Shown: positions 24,347-34,315 of the stretch, piece by piece
Numbering within the stretch: position 1 is the stretch's first letter
Layout: every line of letters begins with the position of its first letter
From: Flavobacteriales bacterium
GTDB lineage: Bacteria > Bacteroidota > Bacteroidia > Flavobacteriales_D > CAJJDF01
NCBI GenBank assembly: GCA_965658995.1
Contig: CBFHVI010000007.1
Span: 24,848 to 88,847, forward strand
Length of the DNA stretch: 64,000 nt
Direction: 5' to 3'
Program-made: the position numbers and the translations under genes
Notes under the pieces: generated by a model
Seen by the model: only the letters and a program-made list of their open reading frames with translations
What the model was told of the DNA's origin: nothing
Databases searched by the model: none

Positions 24347-25429
24347 TTAAGCTTCTGCTCCTTCCTTCATTTTTTCGGCATTGTCTGCTAGCTTCAGTGC
24401 TTCTGATATTTCACCTATATCTCCGTTCATGATGTTAGGAAGATTGTATAAAGTTAGGTTTATTCTATGGTCAGTAACCCTTCCTTGTGGGTAGTTATAA
24501 GTTCTAATTTTTGCGGATCTATCGCTTGAAGAAACCAGTGATTTTCGAGTGGATGCATCGCTTTCTAACTTCTTTTGAAGTTCTATTTCGTACACACGAG
24601 ATCTTAATACAGATAAAGCTTTGTCGTAATTTTTAAGTTTTGATTTTTGGTCTTGACATTGAGCAACTACTCCCGTAGGGATATGAGTAAGTCGGATGGC
24701 TGAGTAGGTGGTGTTTACAGACTGTCCTCCTGGTCCTGAGGAGCAATAGGAATCTACTCTTAAGTCAGCTTTCTTTATTTCGATATCAAATTCTTCGGCT
24801 TCTGGCAACACAATTACCGAGGCTGCTGATGTATGCACCCTTCCTTGAGTTTCTGTTTGGGGAACTCGTTGAACTCGATGAACTCCAGACTCATATTTCA
24901 TTTCGCCATATACGTCTGCTCCTGATATTTCAAAAATAATCTCTTTGTATCCTCCGTTAGTTCCCTCTGCTGTATCAACAACTTCTACTTGCCAGTTTTT
25001 GGAAGAGGCGTATTTAGTGTACATTCTGTATAGATCTCCCGCAAAAATACTGGCTTCGTCTCCACCAGCCCCAGCTCTCACTTCTACTACTACGTTTTTT
25101 GCATCCTCAGGGTCTTTAGGTATGAGCAATACTTTTATCTCTTCGTTCAAGGTAGCTAATTGATTTTCACAATCTGCCAATTCTTCCTTCGCCATTTCTA
25201 CAAAGTCCGAGTCGGTTTCATTCTTTATTATTTCTTTATTGGAGGCAATATTTGAGGTAAGACTCTTCAGTTTATCCAATGCTTTTACTATCTCCTCCAA
25301 GTCTTTGTATTCTTTGGTGAGCTTCACGTAAAGCTTCATGTCTGAAATGATCTCTGGGTCAATAATTTTTTTTCCAATCTCTTCCCATCTCTCTTTTATT
25401 AATTCCAGTTTACCTATTAAGTTTGACAT
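24347..25429 (-). CDS. prfA: Peptide chain release factor 1
   Basis: [21 protein letters not shown] (PxT-type tripeptide region) and [11 protein letters not shown] (GGQ). I prefer the ATG at 25429 (360 aa). The ORF-track start at 25459 is a TTG inside a promoter-like TAGTTTTTG sequence. Confidence 0.9.
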   Translation of the reverse strand: MSNLIGKLELIKERWEEIGKKIIDPEIISDMKLYVKLTKEYKDLEEIVKALDKLKSLTSNIASNKEIIKNETDSDFVEMAKEELADCENQLATLNEEIKVLLIPKDPEDAKNVVVEVRAGAGGDEASIFAGDLYRMYTKYASSKNWQVEVVDTAEGTNGGYKEIIFEISGADVYGEMKYESGVHRVQRVPQTETQGRVHTSAASVIVLPEAEEFDIEIKKADLRVDSYCSSGPGGQSVNTTYSAIRLTHIPTGVVAQCQDQKSKLKNYDKALSVLRSRVYEIELQKKLESDASTRKSLVSSSDRSAKIRTYNYPQGRVTDHRINLTLYNLPNIMNGDIGEISEALKLADNAEKMKEGAEA

Positions 25430-25488
25430 GTGTGTTCCAATTTTTTGTTTGTTCTCCAAAAACTATTGTAAGTGTGTTTGGTCACTTT

Positions 25489-26676
25489 TTATCCATGATA
25501 GACAAATTCACCAAACTCCGATTTGATTGTTAATTGTTTTGAGTTCCCTTTTCTTATGTCACTATTATTTTCTACGCGCCCAACAATTTTGGCTTCGACT
25601 TGAAATGATTCAGAAATTTCAATTATTTCTTTGGCAATATCCTCTGGCACGTATAATTCCATTCGATGCCCCATATTGAATACTTTGTACATCTCTTCCC
25701 AAGACGTTCCAGATTCTTCTTGAATCAATTTAAAAAGAGGGGGGAGGGAAAACAGGTTGTCTTTTATTACATGAACGTTGTCACAGAAATGCAAAACCTT
25801 TGTTTGTGCACCTCCACTACAATGAATCATTCCATTTATTTTATCTCGATGAGAATCAAGAATTTTTTTTATGATGGGAGCATAAGTTCGTGTTGGCGAC
25901 AAAACAAGCTTTCCTGCATCAATAGGGCTGTCTACCACCGAATCTGTTAATTTTTTATTCCCTACATACACCAGTTCTTCTGGTACTTGTGGATCAAAAC
26001 TTTCTGGGTATTTTTCTGATAAATAGTCGTGAAACACATCGTGCCTCGCAGAGGTGAGTCCGTTACTTCCCATTCCACCATTGTATTCTTTCTCGTAGCT
26101 AGCCTGTCCGAAAGACGAAAGTCCCACAATTACATTTCCTGGTTGAATATTGTTTTCAATCACTTCCGTTTTTTTCATTCGGCAAGTAACCGTAGAATCC
26201 ACAATGATTGTTCTTACCAAGTCTCCCACGTCTGCTGTTTCTCCACCCGTAGAATAAATATTAATTCCCCATTTTCGTAAATCTGATAGAAGTTCTTCCG
26301 TTCCATTGATAATGGCGGATAAAACTTCCCCTGGAATTAGATTTTTGTTTCGACCTATGGTGGAGGAGAGCAAAATATTGTCAGTAGCGCCAATACAAAG
26401 TAAGTCATCTATATTCATAATCAGTGCGTCCTGAGCAATTCCTTTCCAAACAGATATGTCTCCTGTTTCTTTCCAATACATGTAGGCAAGAGACGATTTT
26501 GTTCCTGCTCCATCTGCATGCATCACAATGCAATAATCTTTGTCGTTACCGAGGTAATCAGGAACCAACTTGCAAAAAGCATTAGGAAATACTCCTTTGT
26601 CTATGTTTTTAATTGCTGCATGCACATCTTCTTTTGATGCGGATACGCCTCGTTGGTTGTATTTTACGTCTGCCAT
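25489..26676 (-). CDS. purM: AIR synthase (phosphoribosylformylglycinamidine cyclo-ligase), long Bacteroidota form
   Basis: 395 aa. Motif MHADGAGTKS and PurM-like N- and C-terminal domains (GGETAD, HCSGGAQTK). Confidence 0.75.
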   Translation of the reverse strand: MADVKYNQRGVSASKEDVHAAIKNIDKGVFPNAFCKLVPDYLGNDKDYCIVMHADGAGTKSSLAYMYWKETGDISVWKGIAQDALIMNIDDLLCIGATDNILLSSTIGRNKNLIPGEVLSAIINGTEELLSDLRKWGINIYSTGGETADVGDLVRTIIVDSTVTCRMKKTEVIENNIQPGNVIVGLSSFGQASYEKEYNGGMGSNGLTSARHDVFHDYLSEKYPESFDPQVPEELVYVGNKKLTDSVVDSPIDAGKLVLSPTRTYAPIIKKILDSHRDKINGMIHCSGGAQTKVLHFCDNVHVIKDNLFSLPPLFKLIQEESGTSWEEMYKVFNMGHRMELYVPEDIAKEIIEISESFQVEAKIVGRVENNSDIRKGNSKQLTIKSEFGEFVYHG

Positions 26677-26751
26677 CTACTTGGTTTTCTTAGCGTTTTT
26701 TTCTTCTCACAAAAGTAAGGATAATTAAGGAATCAGATTCTCACAAGCGCT

Positions 26752-26789
26752 AAAAAAAAAAGCACCCCATTTTGTGGAGTGCTTTTTTT
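26752..26789. terminator. Bidirectional hairpin terminator
   Basis: Stem gcacccca / tggagtgc with one mismatch, flanked by A10 and T7 runs. It lies downstream of the OmpA-family gene ending at 26804. Confidence 0.65.
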
Positions 26790-26803
26790 GAGAGTGTCAA
26801 ATT

Positions 26804-28861
26804 TTATTTCTCCTCTTCTTCGTCTTTTATTACTGAGAATGTTGTTCTTCTGTTTAGTTGGTGATACTTCTCAAATAGGGCGTTATTTGAGTTTTTCAAA
26901 CCGGTAATCATGTCGCAATCCAGTGTCTTTTCAACTCCTCCTTCATTGATAACTCTTGGCTCAGACTCTCCAAATCCCTTGGCTACGAGTCTACTCTTAT
27001 CAATTCCTTTAGATATTAGGTAATCCACACAAGTTTGTGCTCTTCTCTGCGATAGCTCTAAGTTTCTTTTGTCTGAATCTCTACAATCTGTATGCGACTC
27101 TAACTGCACTCTAATAGTAGGGTTGTCAATCATAATGTTATAAAGGAATAACAAAGAATCTTGTGAATTTACCTTGTCATTTACCAGTAAGGTTGCTTTT
27201 CCAAGTGGGTATTGAACCTCAGGCATAATGATTGGTTTACAACCAATTGCACAAACTAATTCCACATCTTCATAGAAAGTTTCGTTGCAATAATCTCCCA
27301 CAGTGGTTCTTTTTGATTTTCTAGTCAACCAGAACTTTTCCTCTGTTTTGTGAGAGTACTCCAGAGTATAATTTACGTCTTTGTTTACGTATCTTCCAGT
27401 CCCTCTTTTTCCAAATTCGAAGTTTCCTTCGGAGTCAGTTTTGATGGTAGCCGTAGAACCATCCGAACCAGTAAGGGTAACAGTAGCTCCAACTAGCGGC
27501 TCTTTCGTGTCTTGGTCTCTTACTCGACCTTTGATAGTCAACGCACATTCAGGCAAATCAAATTTGAAAATATCTGATTTTTGGTCCATTTCGTTTTTAC
27601 CTAGTCTGCTTGAAGAGAAATATCCTGAATTCTCTCCTGTTTTCCCAAAAATTATTCCGTGGTCGTCTTTCGAGGAGTTGATGGGTGTTCCCATATTCTC
27701 TGGACGAGTCCACTTGTTTGAAGTTCCAATTTTCGTTGCTTTAAAAATATCTAACCCTCCTATTCCTGGCAGACCATTTGAAGAAAAGTAGAGCGTACCA
27801 TCTGCTCCAATTGTTGGAAATTTTTCGTCTCCAGCGGTATTAATAGCTGTCCCTAAGTTTTCTGGTTTACCCCATTCTTTGGTTCTTTTGTTGTATTCCG
27901 CAATCCACAAATCTTTTCCTCCTCTACCTCCTGGCATATCGGAAGAAAAAACAATAAAAGTTCCTTTTCTATCGGTAGCAGGATGACCCACTGAGTAACC
28001 TAACGAATCAGTCAATGGAATTCGAATTGGATCGCTCCAATTTTTTCCTTTTTTGTCAGCCGTGTAGATTTGGCAACCACTTACTTTGTTTTTTTCTTTC
28101 TTACATCGTGTAAAGAGTATGCTGTTGCTACCGTTATACATCACTGCCGAGGCTTCGTGATCTTCCGTGTTAATTTTGTCACCTACTGATTTGGGTTCAC
28201 CAAAATTACCGTTTCTGTCCGCTCTCGTAACATACAAATCTGTGTATTCTTCGTTTGCCACAATATCGTTAATGTTTCCTTTTGACGCTTTTCTGGTGGA
28301 GGAAAAAATAAATTCCTCACCTCTCTTGTCAAACTGAGAGATAGACCAATCGTAATACTCTGAGTTTAGTTCTTTTACTGGTTGAACCTTATGTTTGGTC
28401 GGATTCGCCAAAATGTCGTTCACGTTATCTATCGCAACCAACCCTTTTTTTGCCATTTCATCATTTGGGTCTTTTTTTATGGCCATTTCAAAGTTTCTTT
28501 TGGCTTCTTTATACTCTGCATCCTGCATCTGCATTTGAGCTAGGCGAACGTACAAGTCTGGCTCTACTCGTTCGTATTTAAAACGCATTGCTCTTTCGAA
28601 GTTTTCTTTCGCTTTTTTATTATCACCAATGTATTGACTCGACACACCAATGTGGTAAGTGATAAATCCTTTTTCTTTTGTTCCTTTTGCTTTTGGGTAA
28701 GCCTTGTCAAATAACATGATGGCATCAAAATACTTAGATTCGTTAAAAGATTTTTCTGCCAACTTTGTGTTTTTACTGAAGTATTTTTCATCTTTCTTTT
28801 GAGCGGTTAAACCAAAAGAAAGCATCAATAATAGGACAAGTAGAATATTAATTTTCTTCAT
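26804..28861 (-). CDS. PorE-like OmpA-family protein (TPR + TolB-like beta-propeller + CarboxypepD_reg + OmpA_C)
   Basis: 685 aa with a signal peptide and TPR-like N-terminus. WD40/TolB-like repeats (FSS..., DLWIAEY, GGLDIF), then KGRVRDQDTKEPLVGATVTL (CarboxypepD_reg), then the C-terminal OmpA motif LSQRRAQTCVDYL...NRRTTF. Same architecture as 53495-55519. Confidence 0.75.
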   Translation of the reverse strand: MKKINILLVLLLMLSFGLTAQKKDEKYFSKNTKLAEKSFNESKYFDAIMLFDKAYPKAKGTKEKGFITYHIGVSSQYIGDNKKAKENFERAMRFKYERVEPDLYVRLAQMQMQDAEYKEAKRNFEMAIKKDPNDEMAKKGLVAIDNVNDILANPTKHKVQPVKELNSEYYDWSISQFDKRGEEFIFSSTRKASKGNINDIVANEEYTDLYVTRADRNGNFGEPKSVGDKINTEDHEASAVMYNGSNSILFTRCKKEKNKVSGCQIYTADKKGKNWSDPIRIPLTDSLGYSVGHPATDRKGTFIVFSSDMPGGRGGKDLWIAEYNKRTKEWGKPENLGTAINTAGDEKFPTIGADGTLYFSSNGLPGIGGLDIFKATKIGTSNKWTRPENMGTPINSSKDDHGIIFGKTGENSGYFSSSRLGKNEMDQKSDIFKFDLPECALTIKGRVRDQDTKEPLVGATVTLTGSDGSTATIKTDSEGNFEFGKRGTGRYVNKDVNYTLEYSHKTEEKFWLTRKSKRTTVGDYCNETFYEDVELVCAIGCKPIIMPEVQYPLGKATLLVNDKVNSQDSLLFLYNIMIDNPTIRVQLESHTDCRDSDKRNLELSQRRAQTCVDYLISKGIDKSRLVAKGFGESEPRVINEGGVEKTLDCDMITGLKNSNNALFEKYHQLNRRTTFSVIKDEEEEK

Positions 28862-28974
28862 AGAATGGATTTTCTTTTTTGAGTAATACTGACGAAAATA
28901 ACAATTATTTTCTTTATTAAAAATTAAAACAGGTAATATTCATTCCTTAAAATGGAATGTTTGGACAAGTTTTT

Positions 28975-31644
28975 CTAAAATCTGGCAATTAATTTCAAAT
29001 TTATGATTCTAGAAGTAAGTCGATTTGGAATAGCATATTGTCTTCCGTTGGTTGCTTGAACAAAATTGTAGGAAACAGTATTATCCACCCCCAGTAAGTT
29101 AAACACTTCTAGACTCAATGAGAGTTGCTCAAAGTTTTCTAACTTACTTCCTTTTCGGGCAGGGTGTTCTTCCGATATAAAATCTTTTACAAACCCAATG
29201 TCCACCCTCAAATAACGAGGTGTTCGAGGTATTTTGGACGCATCTGCATAAAACGGATCTACCAGTTTAGTTTTCTTAAGATAGGGAAATCCAGTGTTGT
29301 AAATGAAATTTAAATTCACTTTGAATTTGTCCCATTTTACTGATTCAGTGTTCCAAGAAGAAGGCATTTTGTCCTGAAAGGAGAGTCCAAAAGACATTCT
29401 TTGGTCAGTGGGTCTGGGTAAAAAGCCAGGGAAATAGGCAGCCGAATCTACTCGGGTGTCATCAGAAGTAAATCCAGGAATAATGGTGTCGCCTGCCGCA
29501 TTAAAATAGGTGTAATGTACATCGTCTGCAAGGTCTACTTTTGTAGACATTATGGAGAGTGTTGCCCAAGATTCTAAGTCTTGGATTAGTTGTCCATTTA
29601 ATTTTAAATCAATTCCAGTGGAGTAGGCTCGGGCATTGTTGTTGGCATAATATCGAATCCTTACATTATCCACGTCATAAGGAATTACTCTATCCATGAG
29701 TTTGTAGTACACCTCTGATGTTAGTTTAAAATCTTTTTCTAATGCCTCAAAAACATAATCGCTACCCAAAACAAAATGCAACGATCGTTGAGCCTGAATG
29801 TTATTGTTTAACGATCCGTCCATTCTTCTGTATTCCCTATAAAATGGGGGTTGCTGATATACTCCAATGGCTGCTCTAAATGCAATGTCTCTTCGTTTTA
29901 ATTGTCCTGAGTCTGTCTGAAAGTAAAAAAGAGGTCGGTATTTTAACGAAGTCCTTGGACTTACCACTAATTCTTGATTAAAAGTCCAATAATTGGCTCT
30001 GATTCCTGCCGTAAAAATAAGTTGTTTGTACCCTGAAATGAGCGTGTCCTTGTTGTAGCTAGAATCGTTGAGATTCACTAAGTAGTTTATTTTTTTTTCG
30101 CTTTTCCTTGTTCGGGTCAATGTGTTTTGCACATAACCTGAGAACCTTCCTGTTTCTACTCTGTTCTTTGCGCGCACAGAGTTTTGTAAATTGAGATACT
30201 GATAGGGTTGTGCGCTAGAATCTGTGTATCCTACAGAGTCTGATGGTCTTGGAGCAATAAAGCCAGCCGAATCGGTAAAGCTCCACTCTTTTAGTTCGTC
30301 ATCGATTATATCATATTGGGCTTTTGCTCCCCATTGAAGATGTTTTTTTTTAAATCGTTTACTCCCTTTGTGGGCGACAGTGGCAACGGTCGCATCCAAT
30401 GTGTTTCTAGCATGTCTCAAAAATCCTCCCACCCCGAGATTAAAGGCTACATCGCCAAAGTTGTCTTGACCGGGATCACGCTCTAATTCATCTAAAAAGT
30501 ACTGCCCTTCTACATCATAAAGTTCTTTCTGGTAAGTGTTATAGGCCGAAGCAATAAATTTTAGTTCAGTCGAGTCGTTGGGTCGGTATTTACTGGCAAA
30601 GGCTCCAGTAAAGGTTTGAAATTGGGTTATCTCACTTCCATCAAAAAACACGGTGAATCGGAGTGCTTGGTTGATAGATCCGAAACTAGTTTCACGGTTT
30701 TGGGGAACAACTTTGTATTGATTCAGCGCATAATTTCCTATAAAAGAATGCTCCCAATTCTCTGAAGGAGTGTAGGTTATGTATGTTTGTAAATCACCAA
30801 ACAAAGGTTGATATTCTCCTTTCGTATCGAGCGCACCCAGCAAATACCTATTGCTTCTGAATCTGGCTCCGGTATTGTGAGTCCACAATTGATTCTTAGA
30901 AATCCCCTCGAGATGAATATTTGCTCCAAGCATACTCGCGTACACTGATCCTCCAAATTCAGTGGGTTTTTTATAGGTAACGTCGAGTACGGAAGAGAGT
31001 TTGTCCCCGTATCGCGACTGAAATCCACCGGCAGAAAATTGAATATCATCCACCATATTCGAATTGATAAAGCTCAATCCTTCTTGCTGTCCGCTGCTAG
31101 TCAAGAACGGACGATAAATCTCAATGTCATTGACGTAAATTAAATTTTCTTCGAAGTTTCCACCTCTTACGTTGTAGCCTGAACTCAATTCGTTGTTCAT
31201 AGCGACTCCTATTTCGCTCGATAATCTTGCTTCAAAATTTCCGCTGGGTGTGGCAAACAGCTGGTCATCAACCTTAATCAAGGTAAGCATCGTCTCGTCA
31301 GTGCTTTTGGTAATTACCGTGTATTCTGGCAGTACTCTAAATTTGAACACAGGGTAAATTCTTTTGGTTTCACCTGACTGGAGGAAGTATTTTAAGGTTT
31401 TTTGTTGATAGGAGGAATGCGAAATTCGGATTTTTATACTCCCCGAAGGAACGGCAAGCTTAAATCTACCTAAAGAATCAGTGGTTACTCCCACAGAAGA
31501 TCCCACTACAGAAATATTAGCATCAGATACTACGTACCCAATTTCGTTGATTAAGGTTCCTTTCAGGTAAGATGAGCTTTGAGAAAAACTCAAGCAATGT
31601 GCTAGGACTCCTAGTATGAATAGGGTTTTTTTCATCGAAATCAA
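28975..31644 (-). CDS. TonB-dependent receptor-like outer-membrane protein (CarboxypepD_reg N-terminus)
   Basis: 889 aa with a signal peptide. N-terminal GTLINEIGYVVSDANISV (CarboxypepD_reg), a plug-like region, and a beta-barrel ending ...KLIARF. Confidence 0.75.
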   Translation of the reverse strand: MISMKKTLFILGVLAHCLSFSQSSSYLKGTLINEIGYVVSDANISVVGSSVGVTTDSLGRFKLAVPSGSIKIRISHSSYQQKTLKYFLQSGETKRIYPVFKFRVLPEYTVITKSTDETMLTLIKVDDQLFATPSGNFEARLSSEIGVAMNNELSSGYNVRGGNFEENLIYVNDIEIYRPFLTSSGQQEGLSFINSNMVDDIQFSAGGFQSRYGDKLSSVLDVTYKKPTEFGGSVYASMLGANIHLEGISKNQLWTHNTGARFRSNRYLLGALDTKGEYQPLFGDLQTYITYTPSENWEHSFIGNYALNQYKVVPQNRETSFGSINQALRFTVFFDGSEITQFQTFTGAFASKYRPNDSTELKFIASAYNTYQKELYDVEGQYFLDELERDPGQDNFGDVAFNLGVGGFLRHARNTLDATVATVAHKGSKRFKKKHLQWGAKAQYDIIDDELKEWSFTDSAGFIAPRPSDSVGYTDSSAQPYQYLNLQNSVRAKNRVETGRFSGYVQNTLTRTRKSEKKINYLVNLNDSSYNKDTLISGYKQLIFTAGIRANYWTFNQELVVSPRTSLKYRPLFYFQTDSGQLKRRDIAFRAAIGVYQQPPFYREYRRMDGSLNNNIQAQRSLHFVLGSDYVFEALEKDFKLTSEVYYKLMDRVIPYDVDNVRIRYYANNNARAYSTGIDLKLNGQLIQDLESWATLSIMSTKVDLADDVHYTYFNAAGDTIIPGFTSDDTRVDSAAYFPGFLPRPTDQRMSFGLSFQDKMPSSWNTESVKWDKFKVNLNFIYNTGFPYLKKTKLVDPFYADASKIPRTPRYLRVDIGFVKDFISEEHPARKGSKLENFEQLSLSLEVFNLLGVDNTVSYNFVQATNGRQYAIPNRLTSRIINLKLIARF

Positions 31645-31710
31645 AAGTAATAAAATGTCTGAAGTTACCGTCAGATTCTTTCAAATTCTTTGAAAGATTA
31701 GGTAAAACGG

Positions 31711-32259
31711 CTACCTTCTTTTTTTATTATCAATCAATGCTTTTAGATTTTGGACCTGAGGAACGTGATGATTGAGGTGATTTATAAAAAAGGAAAGGGT
31801 TTGATTCATGCTTAATAACCCAGCCCTTGGGTGCAAAAAAACAGCTTTGTTCAAATATTCTTTCGGATACGTTTCTACAGTTTTGATAAGAAACATACGA
31901 GAGTTGTCCCATTTTTCTTTCAATTGAGAGTAGTCTGCGCCAGTTTCAGGCTCGGAAAGAACGGAAGGAACCTTGAATTTTTGGTCAGATTGTAGCTTGT
32001 TGTTCAGTGCTTTACTTTTGATAAAGTTTCGTAAACCCACAGAGGGTTGTTCTGCAATATTTTTCAAACGATAATTTACGTACTTATTTATTCCAGTTTC
32101 TGAGTCAATTAAATGCTCGATGACTTGAGAAATAGACCACACTTTGTCAGAAGGTTTGAAATTTAATTCTTCTTTGGAGAGATCAGAAATAGAAGTCAGT
32201 AGTTTTTCTTTCTGGTCGGAAAGCTCGATGTATTTTAATAGTAGTTTGTTTGTTCTCAC
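31711..32259 (-). CDS. DinB-family protein
   Basis: 182 aa. WSISQVIEHLIDSE and the C-terminal HLNHHVPQV His motifs are typical of the DinB_2/YfiT-like four-helix bundle. Confidence 0.7.
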   Translation of the reverse strand: MRTNKLLLKYIELSDQKEKLLTSISDLSKEELNFKPSDKVWSISQVIEHLIDSETGINKYVNYRLKNIAEQPSVGLRNFIKSKALNNKLQSDQKFKVPSVLSEPETGADYSQLKEKWDNSRMFLIKTVETYPKEYLNKAVFLHPRAGLLSMNQTLSFFINHLNHHVPQVQNLKALIDNKKRR

Positions 32260-32270
32260 GAATTGCTCAG

Positions 32271-33827
32271 TTAGTTTAGTTCGATTAAGGTAAGGTTATC
32301 TTCCAAAGGAATCAAATTGTCGTGAATGTTTTTTATCAATTCTTCCTCATAAAACTCTAGCAGATTACTTTTTCGTTCTTGAAATGTACCGGCAGGAAAA
32401 AAACAGGCTTTGATTTTATTGATTCTATTGAGTGCTACCGAATGATTTGTTTTTTCGGCTTTTAAGGTTTTTTTACGAATTTTTTTCATCGAATTCTGCG
32501 CTCTTTTTAGTTCGGCTATGACAGTTTTTTCGAGCGTAAAATCTATTTCTCCTACTTTTTCTCTAGTTAGTTCAAATATTTTCTCGATTTCTGCAATTTC
32601 TGGTTCCAAATTAATAGTACTTTGTTCCTCTACATACTGTTTGATTAATTCATTATTGGAATGAAAATACTGCGAAAGTTCGAAGGGTAGTTCGTTTATT
32701 TTTCTCACGATGTTCGTAGGGAGTAATAAGGCTGAATTTCGCAACACAAGCAGTGGAAAATCAAGCTGGTAAAATTCAAAAGCTTCTTTTAATTGTAGCC
32801 AGTATGCCAATTCGCCCGGCCCACCGATGTACCCCAAATTGGGTAAGATTTTTTCTTGATACATTGGGCGCATCACAACATTAGGACTAAATCTTTCTGG
32901 GTGGTTTTCTAATTCGGTAAGGATTTCTTTTTCAGAAAATGATAATTCTGTGTTTACCACTTGGTACCGATTGTTCACAAACACAATTCGTTCTCTCAGT
33001 CCGTTTTTTTGGTAAAATAGATTGATTTCACGTGGCGTAACTTGCTGCTTATGTCCTAATTTTTGCAACTCTTCGCTTTGTCTCAAAACAATTTCTTCCG
33101 ACTTTCTTTCTGTTAGTTCTTTCGCAAAAATTGGAATCATTTCTTTTTTCAACGCGTGACAATCGGCATCGAGTATGACAATTCCGTAGCCTCCAAATAA
33201 ATGATCAATCACTTTGTTGTGAGCTTCTGCCAATGTGGAGGAAGATTTGTAAAAAGAAGTAAGAATTTTGGTCAAGTCGCTCGTGTTTTCCACATTGAGC
33301 TCTTTCAAAAAGTCAGCCATGTCGTTCGTAGCAAAACGACCTACTGGTCCCGTTTGATCAGAGTTCCAAGTGAGTTTTTTTTCTCCCAAAAACACGTGGT
33401 TTATTTCCTCAAAATCATGGTCTTCTGTTGCCATCCAAAACACGGGGACAAAATTATTTTCGGGAAACTCAGCTTTCAGTTTTTCGGCTAGTTTGAGGGT
33501 GGAAATAATTTTGTACAACGAATACAAAGGCCCTGTAAACAAACAAATCTGATGTCCCGTTGTTACCGTGAAGGTGTTGTTGTTCCTTAGCAATTCAATA
33601 TTGGCAATTGAGGCTTGGTTGGAGGTTTTGTTTTGCGAAAGTAATTCCTCCACCAGCAAATCTCTATTCACCTGAGCTCTTTCCTTCAAGCGTCTTCCAA
33701 AATTTCTTACACTAGGCTCTCCAGTAATGAATGGGGAGAGTTTTTTAGGTTCATACACATACTCTTTGGTGGTTTGTGACAACAAGCTTATTTCGTTGAA
33801 TGGAATTTTGTGAATGTGTGGTTTCAA
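32271..33827 (-). CDS. bshC: Bacillithiol biosynthesis cysteine-adding enzyme BshC
   Basis: 518 aa. Motifs TGHQICLFTGPLYSLYKIIS and GGPGELAYWLQLKEAF are typical of BshC. Confidence 0.85.
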   Translation of the reverse strand: MKPHIHKIPFNEISLLSQTTKEYVYEPKKLSPFITGEPSVRNFGRRLKERAQVNRDLLVEELLSQNKTSNQASIANIELLRNNNTFTVTTGHQICLFTGPLYSLYKIISTLKLAEKLKAEFPENNFVPVFWMATEDHDFEEINHVFLGEKKLTWNSDQTGPVGRFATNDMADFLKELNVENTSDLTKILTSFYKSSSTLAEAHNKVIDHLFGGYGIVILDADCHALKKEMIPIFAKELTERKSEEIVLRQSEELQKLGHKQQVTPREINLFYQKNGLRERIVFVNNRYQVVNTELSFSEKEILTELENHPERFSPNVVMRPMYQEKILPNLGYIGGPGELAYWLQLKEAFEFYQLDFPLLVLRNSALLLPTNIVRKINELPFELSQYFHSNNELIKQYVEEQSTINLEPEIAEIEKIFELTREKVGEIDFTLEKTVIAELKRAQNSMKKIRKKTLKAEKTNHSVALNRINKIKACFFPAGTFQERKSNLLEFYEEELIKNIHDNLIPLEDNLTLIELN

Positions 33828-33854
33828 TAGGTAGTGTGTTGGTTGAATAAATGA

Positions 33855-34199
33855 TTAATCGAATTTACTTAAAGATTCTTTCATGACTACCTCAAGAAGT
33901 TCTTGTGGTATATCTTTGTTTGGATCTATAGTGAGGGCTTTCATTTGTTTTCTGTTTCCTAGTTCTAGCTCGGGGACATCAATATGTAAGCTGCGCACAA
34001 AACAAACGTAAGGTATTCTTGTTTTTTTGTTTATCCAAAGATAGCAAAATGGTTTTTTCTTGTAGTAAAAAAAAGGAAGCTTCCATTTCCATTTTTCCTC
34101 GATATATTCATTATTCGATAAAATAAATTTTCGCAGAAACAAGAAACAACCCTGAATAGGTTCGGGAAAGGATTCGTAAAATTCTTGGAGCGGTGTCAT
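33855..34199 (-). CDS. DUF1801 (YdhG-like) domain-containing protein
   Basis: 114 aa. The pattern ...EKWKWKLPFFYYKKKPFCYLW... is typical of DUF1801. Confidence 0.6.
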   Translation of the reverse strand: MTPLQEFYESFPEPIQGCFLFLRKFILSNNEYIEEKWKWKLPFFYYKKKPFCYLWINKKTRIPYVCFVRSLHIDVPELELGNRKQMKALTIDPNKDIPQELLEVVMKESLSKFD

Positions 34200-34289
34200 A
34201 GAAAATGGTCGTGAATTTTAAAAGTACAAGAAATTAAAAATCAAGGCAATATTTTCTTTCAATTAATCGCCTTTTTTCACAAAGCCTTT

Positions 34290-34297
34290 TAACTTTG
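34290..34297 (+). promoter_or_regulatory. -7 promoter box TAACTTTG
   Basis: Exact TAnnTTTG match 19 nt upstream of the ATG at 34316. It overlaps the TTG (34295) used by the ORF track, which favours the ATG start. Confidence 0.45.
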
Positions 34298-34315
34298 ATA
34301 ATTATTAAACAATTT

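Noticed and set aside
24347-25459. I checked the release factor gene for a prfB-type programmed +1 frameshift.
   Set aside because: The protein is RF1 (PQT tripeptide region, uninterrupted frame, GGQ present). Programmed frameshifting is a feature of RF2 genes only.
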